64,000 bases of DNA from Diplonema japonicum (taxonomy: Eukaryota > Protista > Euglenozoa: Diplonemea): NCBI GenBank assembly GCA_964019335.1, contig OZ025728.1, positions 248,001 to 312,000 of the forward strand. Reading direction: 5' to 3'. Positions 31,828-41,566 of this stretch are shown here, one piece after another (within the stretch, counting starts at the first letter, position 1; each line of letters starts with the position of its first letter). The position numbers and the translations under genes are program-made. The notes below the pieces were generated by a model, which saw only the letters and a list, made by a program, of their open reading frames with translations, searched no databases and was not told where the DNA came from.

Positions 31828-32940
31828 ATAATGACCGCAGGATTATACTTCGTGTTGCTGAACCTGTTTTGAAACTTTATCGCATATGCTTAGAACAAAA
31901 AAAAAGTTTTTTTTTTTTTCCTGCAACGAAATACGCTCTCTTTCATCCCCCTCCCCCCTCCCTTTTTTAACAACTACAAAGTGTGGTAATTTAGAAAAAA
32001 GAAGAAAAAAAAAAAAAGAAACCCTTTCCCCCCGCATTTTGCTGTGTGAACTTTACATTTTTTTTATACCCCCTTTCCCCCCCCTTTTTTTCCTTTTTAG
32101 TACAAATTTCTCCCTATTAATTCGTTTAGTTCATTCCTTCTTGCCCCCCCCCCCCCCCACCTTCCTTGGCTAGCAGCTAGTTAATAAGAAGAGAGGAATG
32201 GGAGGGGGGGGTGTTGAAAAACTTTTCTTTTTCAAATCTGCGCATAATTCGGGGAGAGCATTTAACCTTTTTTTTCTTCTTTTTTTTTTCCCCCTTCCCT
32301 TTTTTATGTACGAAAAAGCCATGAACCAAAATAAAGTAACTTTTTACACAACAAAAAAAAAAGGCGATGTTTAAGGGCAAATCCCACTCGAGGACCACCC
32401 AAAAAAAAAAAAGAAGGAAACAACTAAACTGGTGAATATAGGGACGAATGGAAGGAAGAAACAAAAAAGAAAAGAGAGAGAAAAAAAAAAAAAAGAAATC
32501 TTGCCTCGCACTAGCGGGGTTCATAGCTGGCGGGCACAGGGCTTATTCGATGAGTGGTTACCTGCCGGGCTACCGATGCCAACTTCCATGGCCACCCGCC
32601 CTGCTGTGTATTTGTGTGTGTGTTTTTTTTTTCTTTCTTTTTTGCACTCTTTTTTTCTTCTAAGGGGGAGTAACAGGTATGAGAGAGCTGAAAGAAAAAA
32701 AGGGGGGAGAAGAGGGGGGGGGGGGTAAAAACGGAGTTGGTGTGAATACATTTCTTTTTTTAAATTTTTTTTTTCCAAAAAGGAAAAAAAAAGTCATGCG
32801 TTTTCTGTGAGTGGAAAAAAAAAAGAGAAAAAAACTGCCGACACTATCCCCCCCCCCCCCCCCCCCCTCCCCTTTTTTGTTTACACTTAACAATTCATAT
32901 CCGCCAGGAAAAATTTTATTCGCCCCGGAATTGATTTGCG

Positions 32941-32978
<38 letters not shown>

Positions 32979-33442
32979 CCTCAGCCTTTGTGTCAGTGAA
33001 GACCTGCCTCCTTTTGCTTGCAACTCTTCATTCAGGTATGAGGTGTGCGCTCCCGGTGTGGGGGTGGGGGAGTGCTTACTGCGCTCTGTGGAAAAACGAG
33101 CACAAAAGTACCGGCCTGTCCCTTGCGTGTGACAGGGCCGGCTAACAAAGCAAACCCCGAACACTAATAATAATAATAATAATAAAAAAAGGTAGCCAGT
33201 CATTCACAAATTCATTAAAAAATGTCAAAACGAAATTTTATGTCACTCGAGTGATTTTTTTTTTTTTCCCCCGAGCGACAGAAAATTCATTGGGCGTGAA
33301 TTATGTGTTATTTTTTTTTTTTTTTTACCTCCTCAATTTTTTTTTTTACGCATACCCCCTCTCCCCTCCCCCCCCCCTTTTTTTTCTCTTGCTTTTTCGG
33401 GGAAAAAAAAAAAAAAAAAAAAAAAAGGGCCAACTCCGTTTT

Positions 33443-34984
33443 CTACCTGTATTGCATAGGATGCCTCCCCTGCGTCAGCGGAGACACCAATGTCGACTGC
33501 GGGACAGGGAGAGAAAGCGGGATGTCGAAAAAGCCCCCTTTGAAAAGCTTTGCCACAAATGCGTACATCGGCGAGCTCGGCCCCGCCTGCCCGTTCCACT
33601 GCGCCCTGTACCGCGACCGCGCTTGTTCTGAAAAGTCACCAAAAAACAAATCACGGAAAAAACCGTACTTCCCAAGCACCTCGTCAAGCGGCTCAGCAAG
33701 AAGAGACAACACAGGATCAGCCATTTGCATACCAACATGCTGCAGCTGCTGATGAGGGTAAACAGGAGAAGGTACTGTCCCGGCATCGGACGAAGCTGGA
33801 GTATGCGGCAGTGAATAGTTTGAACTAACATCTGCTGTGTTATTGTTAAAACTACTTTCCTGAAGGTCGAACGTCAATGGTGCGGGAGCCAAGGGCGAGC
33901 CTTCTGGAGTTACTGATCCGCACGTGCTTCCAGGTGCGGGTTTTCCTTTTTTCTTCACGACGAGATCGTCAGCGTCGACATCGTCATCCGAAGCTTTTTC
34001 TCTCGCAGAAGCGAATTTTCTCTCCGCAGTGGTTTGCTTGCCTTTCTCGTGAAGATGTTTGTCTTCACAAGTATACTGTGCTTCGACCAAGAAATGTACG
34101 TCATTGATACACGCTCTGCGATCGTGAACTGCAAGTTTTAACAGTTCAGCGTGCATTGCCGTTCCACAATCGGCGAAATATGCTCCGAGAAGAACAGATG
34201 GGTGCGACCACGAGCCCGGTTTTTTCTTTTTCATATCATCCGCAAGCATTGCAACGTACGACCAGGCCGGTGTGATGTTCTTCAAAATAACCAAAACACC
34301 GGTCCATGTCAGCCTTGATACGGGTTCCAACCATGATTTCCTCTGAGCGTACAAACGAATTCGCAGAGTTGACCTCGATGTTGTGATATCGGTTGTTATC
34401 GGCCTCGATCGCTGTGATAGGTCAGACACCGCAACACGAATTTCCTCGTCGCGATTCAATGAGAGGTTGACGGATGTAGAGCCTGCTGGGGACCAGATAC
34501 CGATTACCTGTGCGAACGCGTGGCAGTGTTTTGTTTTGTGCTTTCGGATAACATCGAGAGATCCTCTGCGGACCTGTCCAATACCCGCTTCCACCGCTTC
34601 TGTAATCATTGCTGCTGACGCGTCGGCAGGAATTCGGTCGATGTATATTAATGTGCTTTGTGTTTCTTCGATTGACGATCCCGAAGCGGTCAAACCCTTC
34701 GCGCCATGTTCTTTGTTCAGCAAAACCGGCCATGATCTCAGCGATCGGAGGAGCGGTTCTGGATCTTTACCGTTTTGTGCGCCTGGTGTGATGGCGTGGG
34801 ATGACAACGAGCACCGTCTCAGAGATGGTGGCGATATACTGCCGGCAGCTGTCAAGAGCTGTGTGGAGGAGTTCGCGGACTTCTGCGAAACGGAGTGCAT
34901 GCTGCTGTCAAGTTCTGACCCATCATGAAGGTATGGTGGTTCAGACCCTGAGTCAGACTGGGTGCCTTGGCTTTTAACCTCCAT
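33443..34984 (-). CDS. Hypothetical protein (513 aa), possible divergent RRM
   Basis: Long ORF after an A-rich leader. LIYIDRIP...HAFAQ is weakly RNP2/RNP1-like. Confidence 0.7.
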   Translation of the reverse strand: MEVKSQGTQSDSGSEPPYLHDGSELDSSMHSVSQKSANSSTQLLTAAGSISPPSLRRCSLSSHAITPGAQNGKDPEPLLRSLRSWPVLLNKEHGAKGLTASGSSIEETQSTLIYIDRIPADASAAMITEAVEAGIGQVRRGSLDVIRKHKTKHCHAFAQVIGIWSPAGSTSVNLSLNRDEEIRVAVSDLSQRSRPITTDITTSRSTLRIRLYAQRKSWLEPVSRLTWTGVLVILKNITPAWSYVAMLADDMKKKKPGSWSHPSVLLGAYFADCGTAMHAELLKLAVHDRRACINDVHFLVEAQYTCEDKHLHEKGKQTTAERKFASAREKASDDDVDADDLVVKKKGKPAPGSTCGSVTPEGSPLAPAPLTFDLQESSFNNNTADVSSNYSLPHTPASSDAGTVPSPVYPHQQLQHVGMQMADPVLSLLAEPLDEVLGKYGFFRDLFFGDFSEQARSRYRAQWNGQAGPSSPMYAFVAKLFKGGFFDIPLSLPVPQSTLVSPLTQGRHPMQYR

Positions 34985-35099
34985 TTTTCTTTTTCCTTTT
35001 TTTTTGAACGATCCCCCCCCCCCTTTTTTTTTTCCCAGAGATCCTTTTTTTTGTGAATTTTGAGAAAGAAAAAAAAAATTTTTTTAAAATAAAAATTTT

Positions 35100-35453
35100 T
35101 TATGGTATAAATTTAACAGCATCTACGCCGGGTTCTGTTTTTCGATCGGCGCCTTCCCACTGCACGCCCATGGCGGTTTGTATGCGCCACACCCCGTTGT
35201 CCTCTTCTGTTATATCAGCGGGCTGGATCACCGTGAGTTTTACCGAACCCTCGCCGCACGAGTTGGTTGGTTCTATCTCCAAGGTCATCAGTCGTTGCTT
35301 CTGCATGAACATGCCAGTGGCTACCGTCCACTTTTTCGTGGGGTCCAACGGAGCGGCAACGCCGAATATCTCCACCTTTGTGAACACCGGTGCCTGTGCG
35401 GGGTCTTCGCCCCAGGTTTTTATTACCTCTCGCGGGTCGCTCCAGGTTCGCAT
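35100..35453 (-). CDS. Small hypothetical protein (117 aa)
   Basis: GC-balanced ORF bounded by homopolymer spacers, with AAAAAAATG start. Confidence 0.65.
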   Translation of the reverse strand: MRTWSDPREVIKTWGEDPAQAPVFTKVEIFGVAAPLDPTKKWTVATGMFMQKQRLMTLEIEPTNSCGEGSVKLTVIQPADITEEDNGVWRIQTAMGVQWEGADRKTEPGVDAVKFIP

Positions 35454-35509
35454 TTTTTTCTTTTTCTTTCTTTCTTTCCCCCTATCACGGAACTATGCTA
35501 GAAAATACT

Positions 35510-36030
35510 AAAAAAACTCAAAAAAACTCAAAGTGCAGGACAAACCCCCTCATGGAGGGCCGCCCTTGGGTGGGTTGGGGGGGCTATCTATTTATACTCC
35601 CCTTCTGGAGCATTGCTTTCGTTCCAATCGAGGCCTTGAGCGTCTTGCGGAGTCGCGTGATGCGGTCTCGCTTGTAAGCGGCTTTCAGTTCCATCAGCTT
35701 GTCGTGCGTGGAGTGGGTGGCGAAGATGGGCCTCCTGGCGAAACCCATAGTCGTTTTCCCACCTATTGCGATGAGGGACTTCACTCTCTTCTGTTCATCC
35801 GCCGGGAAGGGGCGTGGCTTCTTCCGTGCTCTGCATGCCGCGTTCAGCTTTCTTATCAGTGCTTTGATCTTGCGAGCCCTATCTTCCAGCAGACCTCCCA
35901 GTAACTTGCCTGTCGTCCATTCGAAGTCGATGGCCAATTCCACCGCTGACACTTCAGAGCTGGTGTCCTCCTTCACCCATCGTAGCTGTGACAACCACTG
36001 CAGCAGCGGGTTCAAGAATTCTGCGACGAT
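35510..36030 (-). mobile_element. 5'-truncated 3' end of the LINE at 325-2877
   Basis: Near-identical to ~325-830. Ends TTTGAGTTTTTTTGAGTTTTTTTAG on the sense strand. Confidence 0.9.
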
Positions 36031-36060
36031 TAAAAAAAAGAAAAAAAAAAAAAAAGGAGG

Positions 36061-36501
36061 CTACTCATGAGCAAACTTACATCTCTTCCCGTATCGGCAT
36101 TCTCCATCGGCGGACCAGTTTCTGCATGGTTTCGTTTTATAGTGCTCGTTCTGTTCCCGACGGAGTCGGACGAGACTGGCTGGGGGGGGTTTGAGGGGGA
36201 GGGGGCTCGGCTGACGGATTTCTTCGGTCTCTTCTTCAACGATGGTGTACATGGCCACCTCCTCGCCTGCCTTGCGCACCCTCCACAACGCCTCGTCCGT
36301 GATAGACTGCATAGGCTTCAAATATTCGATTGTGTCCCCGCTGTCTGAAGCAACCGCTACTTCCACACCCTCCACCAAAACCCTTATCTCTTGAAGCACG
36401 TCGGCAACCGTTTCCACGCCAGGGGGTACAGCAAGCATCGCCCTGCGGGTGCCCGCAAGCTGTGCAGCGGTGCCATGAAAACGTAGTTTGATGCGCTTCA
36501 T
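36061..36501 (-). CDS. Small protein with C-terminal CCCH zinc finger
   Basis: YKTKPCRNWSADGECRYGKRCKFAHE. Confidence 0.8.
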   Translation of the reverse strand: MKRIKLRFHGTAAQLAGTRRAMLAVPPGVETVADVLQEIRVLVEGVEVAVASDSGDTIEYLKPMQSITDEALWRVRKAGEEVAMYTIVEEETEEIRQPSPLPLKPPPASLVRLRREQNEHYKTKPCRNWSADGECRYGKRCKFAHE

Positions 36502-36630
36502 CGTGGCATTGGCAGATTTTATATCCCACCCTGTCTGGATGAGTTGTGTCAAAAGAAAAAAAAAAAGTTTTTTTTTTTTTTTTTCCAGAAAGAAAAACAA
36601 AAAGAGAGAGAATATGTAAATATTCTTTCT

Positions 36631-39600
36631 TCAACCATCCCTGTTCTTTTGCAATATAAGAAGCGGTGATCCGTAGTCGACCACCGGTGCGGAGGTGTGT
36701 GCGGTTCGGGGTTTGACAGCGATCGCCGGGAGCTTTGGCGGGACGGCGTGCGGTTTAGCCTTAGACAACGGGAACACCTCATTGGGCTGGTACCGCTGCT
36801 CGTGGTGCGAACGGAGCATCGCGTTGATGAGCTCAGCGTCCCACTTCGGGTCGCGCGTGTGATGCTTAGGAGGGGCATTGTCTGTCTTTGTTATAATCGA
36901 CCGACGTGGCGGGGGAGCGGGGTACGCTGGGTGGCTTGGCTCCACAGGAGACGGGACCCTTGGTTCGTGTACAATAACTGGCTGCCTAACTTCCCGTTTC
37001 GCCCGAAGATCTTTTTTTTGAACGTTGAACACTTTATGCCCCCCTTCCAAGGTCACGCTGACGGTGTCCTCCTTTACAAACCGAACCACAACATGGCGTA
37101 AACCGTTCCCACTGTCCCAAGAGTACACCCCATCGATCTCAAAAACGCCGATTTCAGGGATCCTGGTGTCGATGTTGATGTTGTTGTTGTTGGTGTTGGC
37201 GAGGGCCACGCTTGCTTTGCGTTCCAAGTTCGGCAGAGGGGGCACCGAAGCCGTTTGCGAGATGGAGGTTTCCACAGGGCCGTCGTCGTTCTCCAGAATT
37301 TTCTGCTTGCGTTGCTTCTTCATCATGTTTCCTCGCTGCATCATCTTCGCCAAGATCGGCAGGCTTGGTTCGTTTGCAGCCTTCACAGATTCTTCTTCCA
37401 CCACGCTTTCTAACATTTTCATGGTGTTTTCGCAGTGAACGGTCCCCGCTTCTATCCCTTTGTGGATCACATCTTTCAGCTTGGTCAGGAGGTTGTGACG
37501 TTCTCTGTGTAGCATTCCAACGTTCGATGTCGCACCCAGCATGGCTTGCATGGCGTCTTGCATTTCTATAAGGGTTTCTATAGGGGTGATTCTTGGCGAT
37601 TTGAACCAGCGTTCTTCGCTCACCGGGGCTTCCTTTTGGCTGGTGCTGCTCGACGGTTGTTTGAAAAAGTCTCCCGGGGTTACTACGGTTGCGTGCTTCC
37701 TCGATTCGATCGCCTGTTGCTGCTGCTGCAGCTTCTTCTCCGCTTGCACGGAGGACGTTTGTTGTATCTTGTGCTGGTTCTCCTGCTCGAAATTTCTGGT
37801 GGTGTGCCGCTTGCTTTGCTTCAAGGCTTCCTTCAAACCGTATATTTCCCGCCGTAGCTCCGTAGCGTGCAAATCGAAAACGTAAAACAGTGAGGTTAAA
37901 GTGGAGTCAACCACCTTTCTAAGAAGGGATTTGTCGGCCTGCAACATCTTCAGCATCACGTTCAAAAGCCCGCGGACGTGCTGTGCCAAGGGGAGCCCAG
38001 TGTCCTGGGCTTTCTTGATGATAATTTCTTGGGCTCTGCTGCTGAACAGCGGGGCGGCACACTTATCCCTCTGCAACATGCTCTCAGCTTGGAATTCAGT
38101 CTGCGTCATTTTACAACCGTTGGGGAGCTCTTCCTCTCTGGTGATTTCCAGCGAATCGGGTTCAGAACCTTGGTCGCTGTTCTCGTCATTGTTCTCGCTG
38201 TCCTTTTTCCCTGCGTCCTGACCGGCGGGGTCAGTGTTTCCAGTTGCCTCCGGTGGAGTCTGTTCAGGCGGTGGTGGTGGTGGTGGGTACAGCTCCTCAT
38301 ATCTGTCTCTAAGATCGCATAGTTTATGAAGTTGAAGCCTACCCAGTATCTTCTCCCGTCCGAGCAAACAGTTGGGAAGCGATCTATAACATCGATGCTC
38401 TGTTTGGAACGTTGACAAATCGCACATTAACTTCACGTTGAAAGAGTGTGGGTTCGGCAGCCGTTCGATTGCTTGAGCGGATACTAACGTCTCTCCAGCA
38501 CGCGCAGTGTTGGAAAGGGCAGATGCGTAGGACCGTCCGGGACCGCGGAGATTTGTGAAACCTGTTGAACTTTTCTGTGGTTCGATGTGGCCGGTGTGGA
38601 TACCCACTGCAGGAAGGGTCCCACGCCATATAGTTGCGTCAAGGTGAAGCGGGTCTTGACCGACGAACCAGTATCTTTCAAGCCCGCGTGGGATTGGGCA
38701 CTCCATCAGCGAGCTGTGCAGTTGGTCCGCCCATTGCAACGCGCAGGAAATGTTCGGGAACAGAAACACGATCTCATCCCTCGCCACCTCTACCAGCACA
38801 CCGTTGCAGGCTTTCCCTTGCGCGAGCTCGTCCGCTTTTGTTACAATCAACGAGACCACCGCATGCGTCGCGTCAACGCTCGTCTCCATCATCCTCTTAA
38901 TCCCCGGTACCGTCACTGCCGCTATAGTGGCATGACTGTCCAGACCCTCTGCTTTTTTAATCACCGCTAAGTTGTCGATGGGAAGCGCCTTCGACGTTCC
39001 CATAAGAATGATTTTTTTACACTGACTGGAAGCCGGGGAGCCGGGGTTGTCGTCCTTCCCAAGCGTTTCGCGGATTTTATCGAGCGTAAGAGTGACCTTG
39101 GGTTCGTTTGCGCTGCCTTCTACGGCGTGCTCCAGTTTTTGAAGATGTTTCATACGGTGGGACAGCGCAAGCGGCAAGACTCTGTAAACAGTGTAGTTCT
39201 TCACGCTCGAAGACTTAACGTCGTCGGTGTACCCAAAAGCTTCTTCTTCCGATGTCTCCAGCTGCACCATTTTCACAACGAATCCGACTTTCATGGCAGG
39301 GTTTGCTGCGGTGGCCTTTACCCATGCAGCGCTCGATACCAATGTTTCCCCGCCTGATGCAAGCTTTGCCAGCCCCACTGCACACACCACATCGTAAGAC
39401 GCAAAGCCTGTTCTACCTGTGACGGGGTTGGTGTCGCAATGAGGTGGTTTTGGAGGTGTCATGTGGACACCGATCGCCACGCGCAGTCCTTTCCACACGT
39501 GTGCCTGCGATTTCCCGTTTGCCTTCTGCTCCGAGTACGGTTTGTAACCCGGGAACTTCAATAGATGCATCCCCCACGGGATTTTAATAAGCCCTTCGTG

Positions 39601-40701
39601 AACCATGCTGCAGAAGGAGAATGCGTTGACCGAGGTCTCGAAGAAGATGATGGTGTGCTGGAGGGGCTCGTTGGCCATGACCCAGCCGGATGTCGATGTA
39701 GCAGTTTGAAGAACCAGTTGGTTGCACCTCGCGTAAGCTTCGAACATGGTGGAGCTTTCCCGACGCCAGAGGTGGTTCAGAATGGGACCCTTCACACCAA
39801 CAGCGACCACGAAAAAACTCCCGCCCGAGATGGGCCCCGTGGTGTCGGAGAATGACGGCAGCCGCGTTCTGGTGACGGGCGTCCCGAAGCTGATAGAGCT
39901 TTGCTGCCCCCAGAACGACCCGTTGATCCTGCTACTTCGAGACGAGGCGATCCGGGAAGCCCTGCTTTTTGCCTCGGTGACTGCTGTGAGAGTTGTTTTG
40001 AGCTTCAAATCCTCGTTTTCCGTTTGAAGCTTTTCAATGGAGTCATAAGCGGCCGTGAGCGCTTTTTGTTGAATCTCAAAAGATCTGTGCAGTTCCGATG
40101 CTGCTGTCTTCTTCATGCTCTTCTGGGATGACACACCAGGGATGCTGTCTGCCTCGAAATACAATTCCTCGTCTTGCGCGATCTGCTGCACTCTTATGTT
40201 CAGGGACCGCATAAGGTCTGGGTGGGGCTCAATGCTGAACGTTTCTAACAAGGAGGTGACAGGTGTCATGGATTCGATTTGTTTTAAAAGCTTGCGCTTC
40301 ATCATCGCGCTGCGAGTTCCCAAGCCGCCGTCGAGCTCGCTTTCTAAGTAGTTCAGTAGATTTGAAGCTTTATCTGCGAGCACGCCTGCTTTTCTTAGGT
40401 TGTGGTCTCGTTCTACCCCGCCGTCTCTTGTCGCTTCCAGGAAGCGTTGGTTCTCAGCCTCGTTCTCGTCGTTGCTGTCGTCGGTTTCTTCGTCCTCGTG
40501 GCGGTTTTCGATTTTGACGTGGTGGTGGTGGTGGTGGTGATCGTGGGGTTTTCCCTCTTCTCCCAGGGCCCTGGTTCTTCTCGTCTCCTTTGTCACAACA
40601 ACTGTGTGCCCTGTGCGGGAGTCATCCATCGCATTTGCTTCAAGCAACCTTTGTATCGCCAAGTCCTTTGGTTGGAAGTACCCATCCTGCGGGATCGACA
40701 T
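36631..40701 (-). CDS. Protein with two degenerate class-III nucleotidyl-cyclase domains plus coiled coils
   Basis: WKGLRVAIGVH...ASGGETLVS and WRGTLPAVGIHTG...ARAGETLVS resemble trypanosomatid adenylate cyclase motifs. Confidence 0.75.
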   Translation of the reverse strand: MSIPQDGYFQPKDLAIQRLLEANAMDDSRTGHTVVVTKETRRTRALGEEGKPHDHHHHHHHVKIENRHEDEETDDSNDENEAENQRFLEATRDGGVERDHNLRKAGVLADKASNLLNYLESELDGGLGTRSAMMKRKLLKQIESMTPVTSLLETFSIEPHPDLMRSLNIRVQQIAQDEELYFEADSIPGVSSQKSMKKTAASELHRSFEIQQKALTAAYDSIEKLQTENEDLKLKTTLTAVTEAKSRASRIASSRSSRINGSFWGQQSSISFGTPVTRTRLPSFSDTTGPISGGSFFVVAVGVKGPILNHLWRRESSTMFEAYARCNQLVLQTATSTSGWVMANEPLQHTIIFFETSVNAFSFCSMVHEGLIKIPWGMHLLKFPGYKPYSEQKANGKSQAHVWKGLRVAIGVHMTPPKPPHCDTNPVTGRTGFASYDVVCAVGLAKLASGGETLVSSAAWVKATAANPAMKVGFVVKMVQLETSEEEAFGYTDDVKSSSVKNYTVYRVLPLALSHRMKHLQKLEHAVEGSANEPKVTLTLDKIRETLGKDDNPGSPASSQCKKIILMGTSKALPIDNLAVIKKAEGLDSHATIAAVTVPGIKRMMETSVDATHAVVSLIVTKADELAQGKACNGVLVEVARDEIVFLFPNISCALQWADQLHSSLMECPIPRGLERYWFVGQDPLHLDATIWRGTLPAVGIHTGHIEPQKSSTGFTNLRGPGRSYASALSNTARAGETLVSAQAIERLPNPHSFNVKLMCDLSTFQTEHRCYRSLPNCLLGREKILGRLQLHKLCDLRDRYEELYPPPPPPPEQTPPEATGNTDPAGQDAGKKDSENNDENSDQGSEPDSLEITREEELPNGCKMTQTEFQAESMLQRDKCAAPLFSSRAQEIIIKKAQDTGLPLAQHVRGLLNVMLKMLQADKSLLRKVVDSTLTSLFYVFDLHATELRREIYGLKEALKQSKRHTTRNFEQENQHKIQQTSSVQAEKKLQQQQQAIESRKHATVVTPGDFFKQPSSSTSQKEAPVSEERWFKSPRITPIETLIEMQDAMQAMLGATSNVGMLHRERHNLLTKLKDVIHKGIEAGTVHCENTMKMLESVVEEESVKAANEPSLPILAKMMQRGNMMKKQRKQKILENDDGPVETSISQTASVPPLPNLERKASVALANTNNNNINIDTRIPEIGVFEIDGVYSWDSGNGLRHVVVRFVKEDTVSVTLEGGHKVFNVQKKDLRAKREVRQPVIVHEPRVPSPVEPSHPAYPAPPPRRSIITKTDNAPPKHHTRDPKWDAELINAMLRSHHEQRYQPNEVFPLSKAKPHAVPPKLPAIAVKPRTAHTSAPVVDYGSPLLILQKNRDG

Positions 40702-41278
40702 TTTCCTTTTGTGCCTTTGGGTGGGGTGGGGAGTAAAAATTTTCAAAAAAAAAAAAAAAAAAAAAAAAAAAGAAAAGAAAATGTGACAAGAAATACGAAG
40801 ATGAGGGATGGGACGCAAGGAGTGGGATGCTTTTTTTTTTTTTTTTTTTTTTTTTTTCCCCTCCTATTTCTTTTTCTCACAACGTATTTCCTCCAAAAAT
40901 CATTGCGAAGAAAAATAAAAGAGGGAAAAGAAAAAACAAAAAAAAAAAACGAGGGATAAAAAAAATGGGAAGGGAGGGGGGAAAAATCACTATGATAGGG
41001 AACGAAGTTGTTAGCGACGGCCCACAAGGTTATTCTTTTTTCCATTTTTTTTCTTTTTCTTGTGTTATGTGCAACAAAAAAAAGAGGGGGGGGGAGGGGG
41101 GATGCACCAAGGAAGGCTCCAGCGAAATGAAGTACAAAAACCTGCAACGCCCGCGCGCTTTATTTCCACTCCCCTCCCCTCCTCCCGTGACCAGTTTCAT
41201 TCATTCGATTGCCTTTGTATATCAGGCTCTCTCTTTTTTTTTTTTTTTTCTTTTTCCTTCTTTTTCTCCCAGGACACC

Positions 41279-41312
<34 letters not shown>

Positions 41313-41566
41313 AGGAAAAAACAAAATAACGGAGGGAAGTAGTGAAAGGCGCCCCCCCTACGTTTTGTGTTACTTTTTTTTTTTTCAAAAAAAGCGGGGG
41401 AGGGGGAGGGGAAATCCGTAAGTTTTTATTTGGGGGGGGGAGAGGTATGGGTATGGAAAAGGGGGAAGAATTCCTTCTCTCCCCCTCCAACCCGACCCTT
41501 GTACACAAAAAAAAAAGAAGACACACCCGCAGTTTTAACGTTTTTTTTTTTTTTTTTCTTTCCCTC

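Noticed and set aside
30700-33440. Numerous poly-Lys/poly-Phe ORFs here and in other spacers, and K/F-rich N-terminal extensions of listed ORFs
   Set aside because: Translations of homopolymer tracts; true starts were placed at the ATG following the A run.
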